A stretch of 46,328 nt of DNA, from contig JAQBRC010000006.1 in the NCBI GenBank assembly GCA_028286705.1, forward strand, positions 1-46,328. Direction: 5' to 3'. Positions 9,172-16,524 of this stretch are shown here, one piece after another; position 1 is the stretch's first letter; the number at the start of each line of letters is the position of its first letter. The stretch is from Candidatus Nomurabacteria bacterium (GTDB lineage: Bacteria > Patescibacteriota > Minisyncoccia > Phycocordibacterales > UBA9973). The notes under the pieces were generated by a model. The model ran no database searches. It saw nothing but the letters and a program-made list of their open reading frames with translations, and was not told the DNA's origin. The position numbers were made by a program, and so were the translations under genes.

Positions 9172-9242
9172 TTTTTGTCTAACCTTGTTATGCTAACAGA
9201 AATACGGCTCTAAATCAATTACACTCTTTCTATTTAGAATCA

Positions 9243-9270
9243 TTGACAAATAATATAAAATGTGTATAAT
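9243..9270 (+). promoter_or_regulatory. Near-consensus sigma70-type promoter (TTGACA-16 nt-TATAAT)
   Basis: TTGACA at 9243-9248 and TATAAT at 9265-9270, 26 nt upstream of the ATG at 9297. Confidence 0.5.
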
Positions 9271-9296
9271 ATACATCGAAACCTTAAATATAAGAA

Positions 9297-9593
9297 ATGT
9301 ACGAAATAATTACTGAATTCTTGTGGAACATACACACGAATCGATTAGCTGGGCTGGAGTCTGCCGAGAAAGAGGAAACTGACGCTATAAAAAATATTAG
9401 CCTCAGCAAACTACTGTTTGAACACACCCTTTTATCTACAGAATTCAAGGCAAAGCCTAAGAAATCTGTACTGAAAAATTTGGTAACACAAACATTAGAA
9501 AAGTTTTCCTCTGTGGCCACATGGTTAAAGAATGAAAGAAAAGAAACTATTCTTTATACCCTGTTGGTTAACTATCGTATTGTAAATATGTAA
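9297..9593 (+). CDS. Hypothetical protein (98 aa) in an AT-rich islet
   Basis: The ORF is bracketed by the consensus promoter (9243-9270) and a hairpin plus T-run (9603-9632). A competing minus-strand ORF (9284-9520) has no such signals. No recognisable motifs. Confidence 0.4.
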   Translation: MYEIITEFLWNIHTNRLAGLESAEKEETDAIKNISLSKLLFEHTLLSTEFKAKPKKSVLKNLVTQTLEKFSSVATWLKNERKETILYTLLVNYRIVNM

Positions 9594-9602
9594 TCCCCTA
9601 TT

Positions 9603-9632
9603 GGATGTAGCAACTATGCTGCATCCTTTTTT
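9603..9632 (+). terminator. Rho-independent terminator (plus strand) overlapping the stop codon of the convergent gene
   Basis: Stem ggatgtagca/tgctgcatcc (one G-U pair), loop acta, then TTTTTT at 9627-9632. The stop codon of the minus-strand gene (cta, 9614-9616) spans the loop and the first base of the 3' stem arm. Confidence 0.6.
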
Positions 9633-10405
9633 GTTTGGGTGTTTTTGTATTCCTGTAGGAGAGAATCAACGAACTGATCTACCTTTCTAAGGTCGATCTG
9701 ATCGATAATATCAAGCCCTTGCGCAGTGCCCCAGTTATTTCCAATATTAGTATGAAAACCGGTTCCATTCTGAGTTCGTACACGAACAAGGTAAAGATAT
9801 CGAGGATTTTTAACTCTATACAAATGCTCATAATCAAAACTAAAATATGCCATTTTCTTGTCATCAAAGCGATGATCCATTTCCGTACCGTTAATCTTCC
9901 AGGAATCAACCCATTCAACATTCTGTCCGGTAAACTCTTTTTTAGAAGTAGCTGTTATATTCTCGTCTGAACAATGGTATGCAACCTCAAAACCAAACTG
10001 ATCAGATAATCTTTTTAGCGTATCAACAAGATCTGAAGCCGGTAGCCCCTGCTTCTCCATTCGCTCCTTAAATGTTCGCAATACACGATTTTTAGTTTCA
10101 TGGGTAAGCGAAAGAATTCTTTTCTTTTCTTCAACAGAAAAATCATCGAGGTGCTCTCGTATCTCATCAATTTCTTCAGGAGAATACCCATTATCATTGA
10201 GACCTTCCTCGAACAATAAATATATTCTACTTTCAATAAACGACTTAAAGACCATTTCTTGAGCGGAAATAAGATTATCCTTTTCTTCAAGATTTACACC
10301 CTGAACTTGCTCCTTAACATTTGAGTGCTCAAATTCCTTCTCATTAATATCGATTGTACCGATATTCTCCTCAGCATTATTTAGGGAGCTTGGCATCTTT
10401 TCCAT
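9614..10405 (-). CDS. Hypothetical protein (263 aa); acidic N-terminal half, C-terminal globular domain of unknown family
   Basis: Long ORF. The first 18 codons of the track ORF (to 10459) are the tRNA-Pro gene read as protein, so the start is moved to the ATG at 10405 (or the ATG 9 nt downstream). It lies on the same strand as the tRNA, 4 nt beyond its 3' end. Confidence 0.65.
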   Translation of the reverse strand: MEKMPSSLNNAEENIGTIDINEKEFEHSNVKEQVQGVNLEEKDNLISAQEMVFKSFIESRIYLLFEEGLNDNGYSPEEIDEIREHLDDFSVEEKKRILSLTHETKNRVLRTFKERMEKQGLPASDLVDTLKRLSDQFGFEVAYHCSDENITATSKKEFTGQNVEWVDSWKINGTEMDHRFDDKKMAYFSFDYEHLYRVKNPRYLYLVRVRTQNGTGFHTNIGNNWGTAQGLDIIDQIDLRKVDQFVDSLLQEYKNTQTKKDAA

Positions 10406-10409
10406 ATTG

Positions 10410-10482
10410 TCGGGATGCAGGGATTCGAACCCTGAGTCACCTCTTCCCAAAAGAGGCATGTTAGCCGTTACACCACATCCCG
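10410..10482 (-). tRNA. tRNA-Pro (anticodon UGG)
   Basis: The reverse complement, CGGGATGTGGTGTAACGGCTAACATGCCTCTTTTGGGAAGAGGTGACTCAGGGTTCGAATCCCTGCATCCCGA, folds as a cloverleaf. Anticodon loop is TTTGGGA. The 3' flank is CAA, so no CCA is encoded. Confidence 0.9.
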
Positions 10483-10870
10483 GTGTTTGTTCTAGACCTT
10501 TGCCTAGTCAACGTATAGTACTACGAACCGCTTATTATTTCAATGAATATAGAGATCCTTCAATTTATAGTTACACGGGGTAGAAACCTTTGTTTTTAAG
10601 GTGCATAACTTAAAAGTGTTTCACGTGGCACACTATTTCTCTATTCTATTTATATGTATATGAAATAAAGGGAAATTGAAAAAGACATGATTTTTTCTTT
10701 ATAAAAGCCAGTCTCTTATCCATCTTACACACACAGTTATCCACAGTTTTGTCAAAAGTTGAGGATTTCCAATGTCATTGCGACCATATTCGACTCATTC
10801 TGTCTAAAAGACTGTTGACCTATTATATTAGACGTTCCATAAAACGAGGTTCTAGAGAGCTATTACACAA

Positions 10871-10903
10871 TAGTAAAAGCCCCACACTGTGGGGCTTTTA
10901 CTA
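10871..10903. terminator. Strong hairpin terminator downstream of tRNA-Gly(GCC)
   Basis: About a 15-bp stem tagtaaaagccccac/act/gtggggcttttacta, with T-runs on both strands. Confidence 0.7.
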
Positions 10904-10906
10904 TTG

Positions 10907-10977
10907 TGCGGCTACCGGGAATCGGACCCGAGCCTCATTCTTGGCAAGAACGTATTCTGCCACTAAACTATAACCGC
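10907..10977 (-). tRNA. tRNA-Gly (anticodon GCC)
   Basis: The reverse complement, GCGGTTATAGTTTAGTGGCAGAATACGTTCTTGCCAAGAATGAGGCTCGGGTCCGATTCCCGGTAGCCGCA, has anticodon loop TTGCCA A. The 3' flank is CAA, so no CCA is encoded. Confidence 0.9.
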
Positions 10978-11631
10978 AAAAGATTCTTCCTGGGCAAGTT
11001 CTAGCCACTTAAGTAGCTTCTTCTTGAGTCCAGTATTCGTCATTATAGTGATACCTACACCATATTGCAAGCGTTTTATTGGTTCTTTTCCTTGTAAAAA
11101 CTGTGTCTTGTGAAACTGATCTGTATTGATAAACAATTGCTGAGACCAATATTCCTTGCAGATTAGCTCGTTGTTATCAGGATATAGTAATAACGCACAT
11201 CTTAATAAGTTTCTTGGGGAGGACAGGTACCGTGCTAAAAAATCACAAAAAATGCGATGAATATAGGCTTCCGAATTGCTAACGCGGATTATATGTCGAC
11301 TTCTCTTATCCCCTTCTCCTGCATAAACCATCAATCCAGCCCAAAAAAGTGGGTCTTTCCTAAATAGCTTATATTCTTCAGCTGCCTCAGATTCTTGTAG
11401 GGAGTAAAAGCTTTCAAGCTTGAGACTTCGCGCCGCATTCATCTGAATAACCCGCTTTGTTGAGCGTTCAACTTGTGCACCTGTATTTATCTGCTTTAAA
11501 TGAAGAGACCATTCTTCGTTCTTAAACCACTTCGTTAAGGTTGCACGTGAAACACCTGTTTCTTTCTCAATAGCCCTATATGTCATGCCACTTTTTCGCA
11601 TATTAAATATTTTTTCTTTGTCCTTTCTCAT
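10963..11631 (-). CDS. HTH-domain protein with a LAGLIDADG-like motif (possible free-standing homing-endonuclease-like gene)
   Basis: 222 aa. The N-terminal HTH region is MRKSGMTYRAIEKETGVSRATLTKWFKN. The central motif FWAGLMVYAGEGDK resembles LAGLIDADG/GxxxGEG, recognised by eye only. The last five codons and the TAG stop lie inside the tRNA-Gly(GCC) gene. Confidence 0.55.
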   Translation of the reverse strand: MRKDKEKIFNMRKSGMTYRAIEKETGVSRATLTKWFKNEEWSLHLKQINTGAQVERSTKRVIQMNAARSLKLESFYSLQESEAAEEYKLFRKDPLFWAGLMVYAGEGDKRSRHIIRVSNSEAYIHRIFCDFLARYLSSPRNLLRCALLLYPDNNELICKEYWSQQLFINTDQFHKTQFLQGKEPIKRLQYGVGITIMTNTGLKKKLLKWLELAQEESFAVIV

Positions 11632-11699
11632 GCAAGTATAAGTATACTACCGTGGTTTATTTTTTACAAAACCCTATCAAAGTGATACAGTACTGTTAC

Positions 11700-11772
11700 G
11701 CACCTGTAGCTCAATGGATAGAGCACTTGTCTTCGGAACAAGGGGTTGTGGGTTCGACTCCTGCCAGGTGCA
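11700..11772 (+). tRNA. tRNA-Arg (anticodon UCG)
   Basis: GCACCTGTAGCTCAATGGATAGAGCACTTGTCTTCGGAACAAGGGGTTGTGGGTTCGACTCCTGCCAGGTGCA forms a cloverleaf with anticodon loop CTTCGGA. The 3' flank is CAA, so no CCA is encoded. Confidence 0.9.
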
Positions 11773-11788
11773 CAACAATCATATTCTC

Positions 11789-13294
11789 ATGAATACCATA
11801 GACAATACAAAGATCCCCTCTTTCGTTTCACATGTAACCAAAACACTTCAAGATGCAGGCTATGAAGCGTATCTTGTTGGCGGCTGCGTTCGAGATCTAT
11901 TACTGGGCAAGGCTCCTAAGGATTGGGATGTAACCACAAATGCCCATCCAGAGCAGATTGAAGCTGCCTTCCCTACCATTAAGACCGTATACGAAAACAC
12001 CTTTGGTACAGTCACCGTTATTGACCTTTCTGCTGATGAAACACTTCGAGATGTTACACATGTAACAAAACCAGAAGAAGTTCAGGTTACAACATACCGT
12101 TCTGAAGGCACTTATACTGATAATCGCCGTCCTGACAGTGTTACATATGAAACAAAGCTGGAAAAAGACCTAGAACGTCGTGACTTTACTATCAATGCCA
12201 TGGCTTATAACCCTCATAATGGACAGATTATCGATATATTTAAAGGACAGTCCGATATAAAGGACAAAATAATTAGATGTGTCCTTGATGCAGACATACG
12301 CTTTGAGGAGGATGCTTTGCGCATGATGCGCGCTATTCGGTTTTCCACAACCCTTCATTTCGCTATTGCCACAGAAACTCTAGCCGCCTTAACAGCTAAG
12401 TCTTCCCTATTAGCCCGTATTTCACAGGAACGTATCCGAGACGAATTCCTTAAAATCATCCAATCTGACCAACCAGCTCTGGGCATAGATCTTTTGCAGA
12501 AGACTGGCCTGTTACACATTATCGCTCCAGAGTTCGAAGAAGGCATTGGATGCGAGCAAAAAGGTGCCCACTTGTACGATGTATACAATCACCTGTTACA
12601 CGCTCTTCAGCATGCTGCAGACAAGAATTTCTCTCTTGAAGTACGCCTTGCTGCCCTGTTTCATGACATCGGCAAGCCTGCTACCCGTCGATATGACAAA
12701 ACCAAGGATAAATATACCTTCTTTGGACACGAGGTCGTTGGGGCTCGAATGACCAAGAAAATCCTTGAAAGAATGAGGCTTTCACGTGAAACAAGCGAAT
12801 TGGTTGTTTCATTGGTGAGAAACCACATGTTTTTCTCTGACACTGAACAAATCACCCTTTCTGCTGTTCGACGCATCATCCAGAAGGTTACACGTGAAAA
12901 CATTTGGCTGCTTATGGAGGTTCGCGAATGCGACCGCGTAGGTATGGCAAAGGTTGAAGCCCCATACAGATTGCGTAAATATCACGCAATGATTGAAGAA
13001 GCGCTTCGAGATCCTATTAGTGTTTCTCAACTAGCTATTGATGGTGAATACCTTATAAAGACGTTACACATGAAACCAGGACCTCGAATGGGCTGGACAT
13101 TACACGCTTTATTAGAAGAAGTATTGGATAATCCTGAAATAAACACTGTGGAACAGCTAACAGAACGTGTTTCTGCCCTAGATTCCCTAGCAGACAATGA
13201 TTTAAAGGCTTTGGGTGAAAAAGCTAAGGATAAGAAGGAAGAAGCCAATGAAGCTGAGGTTGGCCAACTGCGTCAAAAACACCGAGTAAAGTAG
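11789..13294 (+). CDS. cca: CCA-adding enzyme / tRNA nucleotidyltransferase with HD domain
   Basis: Motifs GGCVRDLLLG..DWD and RDFTINA (polymerase beta-type NTase head), plus an HD-domain HDIGK. The track ORF's first 25 codons are the tRNA-Arg gene, so the start is moved to the ATG at 11789. Confidence 0.9.
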   Translation: MNTIDNTKIPSFVSHVTKTLQDAGYEAYLVGGCVRDLLLGKAPKDWDVTTNAHPEQIEAAFPTIKTVYENTFGTVTVIDLSADETLRDVTHVTKPEEVQVTTYRSEGTYTDNRRPDSVTYETKLEKDLERRDFTINAMAYNPHNGQIIDIFKGQSDIKDKIIRCVLDADIRFEEDALRMMRAIRFSTTLHFAIATETLAALTAKSSLLARISQERIRDEFLKIIQSDQPALGIDLLQKTGLLHIIAPEFEEGIGCEQKGAHLYDVYNHLLHALQHAADKNFSLEVRLAALFHDIGKPATRRYDKTKDKYTFFGHEVVGARMTKKILERMRLSRETSELVVSLVRNHMFFSDTEQITLSAVRRIIQKVTRENIWLLMEVRECDRVGMAKVEAPYRLRKYHAMIEEALRDPISVSQLAIDGEYLIKTLHMKPGPRMGWTLHALLEEVLDNPEINTVEQLTERVSALDSLADNDLKALGEKAKDKKEEANEAEVGQLRQKHRVK

Positions 13295-13316
13295 TATTTA
13301 GTCATTATTTGCTTAA

Positions 13317-13343
13317 CTTTACACTTTACTGTAAAGTGTAAAG
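13317..13343. promoter_or_regulatory. Perfect 13-bp inverted repeat (candidate operator) abutting the start codon of the wHTH-NTase gene
   Basis: ctttacactttac-t-gtaaagtgtaaag. The right arm contains a -10-like TAAAGT (13332-13337) 7 nt upstream of the ATG at 13345. Confidence 0.5.
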
Positions 13344-13344
13344 T

Positions 13345-13848
13345 ATGGAAGAAATAGCATATAAACTAGTGTTTCACTACATTCAAGACAGTGAAACTCC
13401 AGTTACACCTCATGAACTTTCACGTGTAACAGGGAAAAGTAGGGTATCCATACATACAGCCCTTAAAAAGCTCCTTTTGAACGGGGATATAGAGAAAATG
13501 GGCGCTTCGCCTCGTGTAACCTATGCAATTAAAGGATTTACCCCGATTCCGCCTAGTGACCTGACTTTAGAGGATATTAAGCAGAGAATTGAGCCAATTC
13601 TTAAGAAATATCCCATATTCTATGCAGGTATCTTTGGGAACGTGGCAGATGGGGAAGTACAAGCAGAACAGGTAGATATAATGATTAGTCCGAATGGGAT
13701 ATTGCCCATTATTAGCCTCAAGGCATTGGAACAAAGCTTGGCAGAAGCCTTAGGAAAGAAGATTAATCTCGCTACAGACCAAGGAGCAAACAAGTTCATC
13801 AAGGCGAGCATGTTGAAGGGATTGAAAGTGTTGTACGGCAAGATATAG
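13345..13848 (+). CDS. Winged-HTH plus nucleotidyltransferase-domain protein (MNT-like, degenerate)
   Basis: The N-terminus resembles a MarR/Lrp-like wHTH (HELSRVTGKSRVSIHTALKKLLLNGDIEK). The C-terminus resembles a minimal NTase (IFYAGIFGNVADGEVQAEQVDIMI). The canonical GS...DxD is not fully preserved. Confidence 0.6.
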   Translation: MEEIAYKLVFHYIQDSETPVTPHELSRVTGKSRVSIHTALKKLLLNGDIEKMGASPRVTYAIKGFTPIPPSDLTLEDIKQRIEPILKKYPIFYAGIFGNVADGEVQAEQVDIMISPNGILPIISLKALEQSLAEALGKKINLATDQGANKFIKASMLKGLKVLYGKI

Positions 13849-14071
13849 TTGCCTTTTGGTGAAAGGTCTTGTACTCTTAAAGAAACCAATCTTATATTCA
13901 ATATGAGCAATCTTCCTTTAAGAAGTAAGACCAAAGAGTCTGAATCCTATGCTGCGCAATCACAATCAGTACCCGTTGGACATATCCGCGGAAAGAAGCA
14001 AAAAGTTGTTAAAGTGTACAGAGGTCGACAGACTGGTGCATACAAACATTAAATTCCTCAGGAACGAAATC

Positions 14072-14105
14072 AAAAATGCCATAACTATTTAGTTATGGCA
14101 TTTTC
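14072..14105. terminator. Bidirectional terminator
   Basis: Hairpin aaaaatgccataact/attt/agttatggcatttt just downstream of xth on the minus strand. Confidence 0.75.
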
Positions 14106-14107
14106 TT

Positions 14108-14878
14108 TTAGAGCTCTATATCAAGCATGATGGGGCAGTGGTCACTGCCATAATAGTCTTTTAGGGTATCGAGCTCTGTAACTTTGTCTGCTATATCCGC
14201 AGAAACAAAGAAATAATCGATACGCCAGCCAACATTTCGTTCTCGAGAGGCTGTTTTCTGATCCCAGTATGTATATACATCCTTTTTATCAGGATACAGC
14301 GCACGAAATGTATCTACCCATCCCTGCTTCACCAACTTATCCATCCACGCACGTTCAACGGGAAGGAAGCCGGTATTCATGACATTTTCCTTGGGACGAG
14401 CAAGGTCTATCTCATTATGTGCAGTATTTATATCTCCGCAGAAAATAACAGGTTTAGACTTCTGAAGTGTAGTTATATATTTTAAAAATTGATCATAGAA
14501 GCGCAGCTTGTAGTCTAAACGCTCAGGACCGCCTCCGCCGTTAGGGAAGTAGCAGGTGATAAGGTAGAAAGTTTCGTATTCAGCAGTAATGGTACGGCCT
14601 TCGTCATCAAGACCTTTCAATCCAATACCAAGCGTTACATTCAAAGGGGTTTCTCTAGTATAGATAGCGACACCGCTATATCCTTTCTTCACCTCAGGCC
14701 AAGAGAAATAGCTGTCGTAGCCAAAGACGTCTCGTGCGCCTTCAGGCAATTGCTCTGGAAGTGCCTTTGTTTCTTGCAAACAAAGGATATCTGGCTTGTA
14801 TTGGGTAAAAAGGGGATCAAAGTTGCCTTGCTTGTAGGTAGCACGCAAGCCGTTGGTATTCCAAGAGATAATTTTCAT
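14108..14878 (-). CDS. xth: Exodeoxyribonuclease III (AP endonuclease, EEP family)
   Basis: MKIISWNTNGLR..., DILCLQETK, CGDINTAHNEIDL and GSDHCP. The start is set at the ATG at 14878 because a TATACT box sits 6 nt upstream. The track's 14899 start would lie upstream of that box and next to a terminator. Confidence 0.92.
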   Translation of the reverse strand: MKIISWNTNGLRATYKQGNFDPLFTQYKPDILCLQETKALPEQLPEGARDVFGYDSYFSWPEVKKGYSGVAIYTRETPLNVTLGIGLKGLDDEGRTITAEYETFYLITCYFPNGGGGPERLDYKLRFYDQFLKYITTLQKSKPVIFCGDINTAHNEIDLARPKENVMNTGFLPVERAWMDKLVKQGWVDTFRALYPDKKDVYTYWDQKTASRERNVGWRIDYFFVSADIADKVTELDTLKDYYGSDHCPIMLDIEL

Positions 14879-14892
14879 GCCTATAGTATAGC

Positions 14893-14926
14893 AAAACAAA
14901 AACCGCCTCTATAGTAGAAAGCGGTT
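14893..14926 (-). terminator. Weak rho-independent terminator on the minus strand, just upstream of the xth promoter
   Basis: Stem aaccgc/gcggtt with a 14-nt loop, followed on the minus strand by TTTTTGTTTT. Confidence 0.5.
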
Positions 14927-15210
14927 ATATATGGGGGGTAATGTTTTAAATAAACATTACAGAGAAGGGTATTTTTTAAGAGAAATTAAGTTAGTTTTGT
15001 TTGAAGTTTTAAAGAACATCTAATGTGTGCGAGTTCTTTTATACACTTTAATTATAATCGGTTTGAAAAGATTATGGGATTTGTGTTGGCATAATGCCGT
15101 AAGGATGATCGCTGTTAAGCGAGCGGTTGGGAAACTATTCAGTTAACAACGATCATCTGACATAAGTATAGAGCACTAGCGAAGTTATGCAAAGAAGAAG
15201 CAGTGGATAA

Positions 15211-16116
15211 CTACCGCTTGCTATGGAATTTCTTGTGCACATCACGCAATTGCTTGTCAGTGATGTGCGTATAGATCTGTGTAGTAGAGATGTTGGCATG
15301 CCCTAACATCATCTGTACGCTACGAATATCAGCACCGTTTGAAAGAAGGTCAGTAGCAAAGGAGTGACGTAGTACGTGAGGAGTCACTTTCTTTGATATA
15401 CCAGCCTTAATCGCATACTCCTGCACGATACGCTCAATAGAGCGGGGAGTAAGGCGACCAGTTGCACTGTTGCGTGAAATATTTACAAACATGGCATCTT
15501 CCATATCCTTGCGAGCCTTAAGATAGGTACGAATAGCATCCTTGGCTTCCTCAGACAGAAAGACAACGCGAACCTTTTCTCCCTTTCCACGAATAGAGAA
15601 TTCATCTCGACTAAGGTCAAGATCTCTATTGAGTGAACAGAGTTCTGCCAAACGCAGCCCTGTTGAGAAAAAGAGTTCAAGCAGTGCCTTATCTCGCATA
15701 CCTTTGATTTCTTTTAGGTCTGGAGCCTTCATCAGACGACTAAGTTCCCCTATAGATATAAGGTCGAGATGACGAGCACCAACCTTGGCTAGTTCTATAG
15801 CATCTGGTGCAAGGGAACTGAATCCTCGCTTAAGGCAGTACTTTAAAAAGGAACGCAGGGCAATCAGATAATAGTTCTGGGTACTTTTCTTCATCGTACC
15901 AGCCGTTTGACCCTTGATTTTGACCCCTGGAGCACGGTTAAGGCGTAAGCGGAACTCTCTGAGCTTGTCCTCATTGATATCAGATACCTTTTTTATGCCC
16001 ATATCCCCAAAGGATTTGGTCAAATAGTGCTCATAGTTACGAACCGTATTGAGACTACGGCCTTTTTCGATTTCGATGTATTCTAGGAACTGACGTTGGG
16101 CTGTAGCTATATCCAT
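15211..16116 (-). CDS. xerC: Tyrosine recombinase, XerC/XerD-like
   Basis: N-terminal SAM-like core-binding domain and a C-terminal catalytic set (ARHLDL.., [26 protein letters not shown]). XerC versus XerD cannot be resolved by eye. Confidence 0.88.
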   Translation of the reverse strand: MDIATAQRQFLEYIEIEKGRSLNTVRNYEHYLTKSFGDMGIKKVSDINEDKLREFRLRLNRAPGVKIKGQTAGTMKKSTQNYYLIALRSFLKYCLKRGFSSLAPDAIELAKVGARHLDLISIGELSRLMKAPDLKEIKGMRDKALLELFFSTGLRLAELCSLNRDLDLSRDEFSIRGKGEKVRVVFLSEEAKDAIRTYLKARKDMEDAMFVNISRNSATGRLTPRSIERIVQEYAIKAGISKKVTPHVLRHSFATDLLSNGADIRSVQMMLGHANISTTQIYTHITDKQLRDVHKKFHSKR

Positions 16117-16208
16117 ATATAGACATAGTATATAGTACTGTGGTCATATTGTGCGACTATAGGGCACCGCTTGCTTTTTTAAGCTGGTTGTGGTATGATA
16201 CTTTCATC

Positions 16209-16469
16209 ATGTTAACGACCAAGAAAAAACAATCTGTAATTAAGAAGCACCAGGAACACGCCACTGATACTGGCTCAAAGGTGGTTCAGGTAGGAGTACT
16301 TACTCAGCGCATCGAATCTCTTGCTGATCACTTGAAGAAGCACAAGAAGGACAACCACTCTCGTCGCGGACTTATCAAGATGGTAGCGGATCGTCGCGGA
16401 CACCTTAAGATTCTTGAAAAGACTAGCCCTGATAAGCACAAGGCTGCACTAAAAATTATCAAAGCCTAA
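16209..16469 (+). CDS. rpsO: 30S ribosomal protein S15
   Basis: The 86-aa product aligns along its length with S15 (DTGS..VQV..LT.RI..L..HLK.HKKD.HSRRGL..MV..RR). The start is at the ATG at 16209. The track's upstream extension from the GTG at 16140 is not S15-like. Confidence 0.93.
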   Translation: MLTTKKKQSVIKKHQEHATDTGSKVVQVGVLTQRIESLADHLKKHKKDNHSRRGLIKMVADRRGHLKILEKTSPDKHKAALKIIKA

Positions 16470-16477
16470 CTTTCGTC

Positions 16478-16499
16478 AATATCGCCTTCGGGCGATATT
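16478..16499 (+). terminator. Rho-independent terminator after rpsO
   Basis: Hairpin aatatcgcc/ttcg/ggcgatatt followed by a T-rich tail. Confidence 0.75.
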
Positions 16500-16524
16500 T
16501 TCGTGTATGGGGTATACTGAATGT

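Noticed and set aside
10406-10459. N-terminal extension of the 281-aa track ORF (MPLLGRGDSGFESLHPDN...)
   Set aside because: These codons are the tRNA-Pro(UGG) gene read in a protein frame. The CDS was trimmed to the ATG at 10405.
10749-10973. 74-aa plus-strand ORF
   Set aside because: It starts at a TTG, runs antisense through a terminator hairpin and tRNA-Gly(GCC), and has no supporting signals.
11714-11788. N-terminal extension of the cca ORF (MDRALVFGTRGCGFDSCQVHNNHIL)
   Set aside because: It overlaps tRNA-Arg(UCG); GFDSC-type peptides are the classic T-arm read-through artefact. The start was moved to 11789.
13849-14052. 67-codon basic ORF after the wHTH-NTase gene (possible HEPN or toxin partner, or a small ribosomal protein)
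   Set aside because: It has a TTG start (or an internal ATG at 13903) and no match by eye to HEPN (Rx4-6H) or to any small ribosomal protein. It is too weak to call as a feature and is mentioned only in the operator finding.
15211-16116. Tyrosine recombinase as a marker of a prophage or integrative element
   Set aside because: The sequence looks like housekeeping XerC/XerD. No flanking direct repeats, phage genes or tRNA-adjacent att sites were seen.
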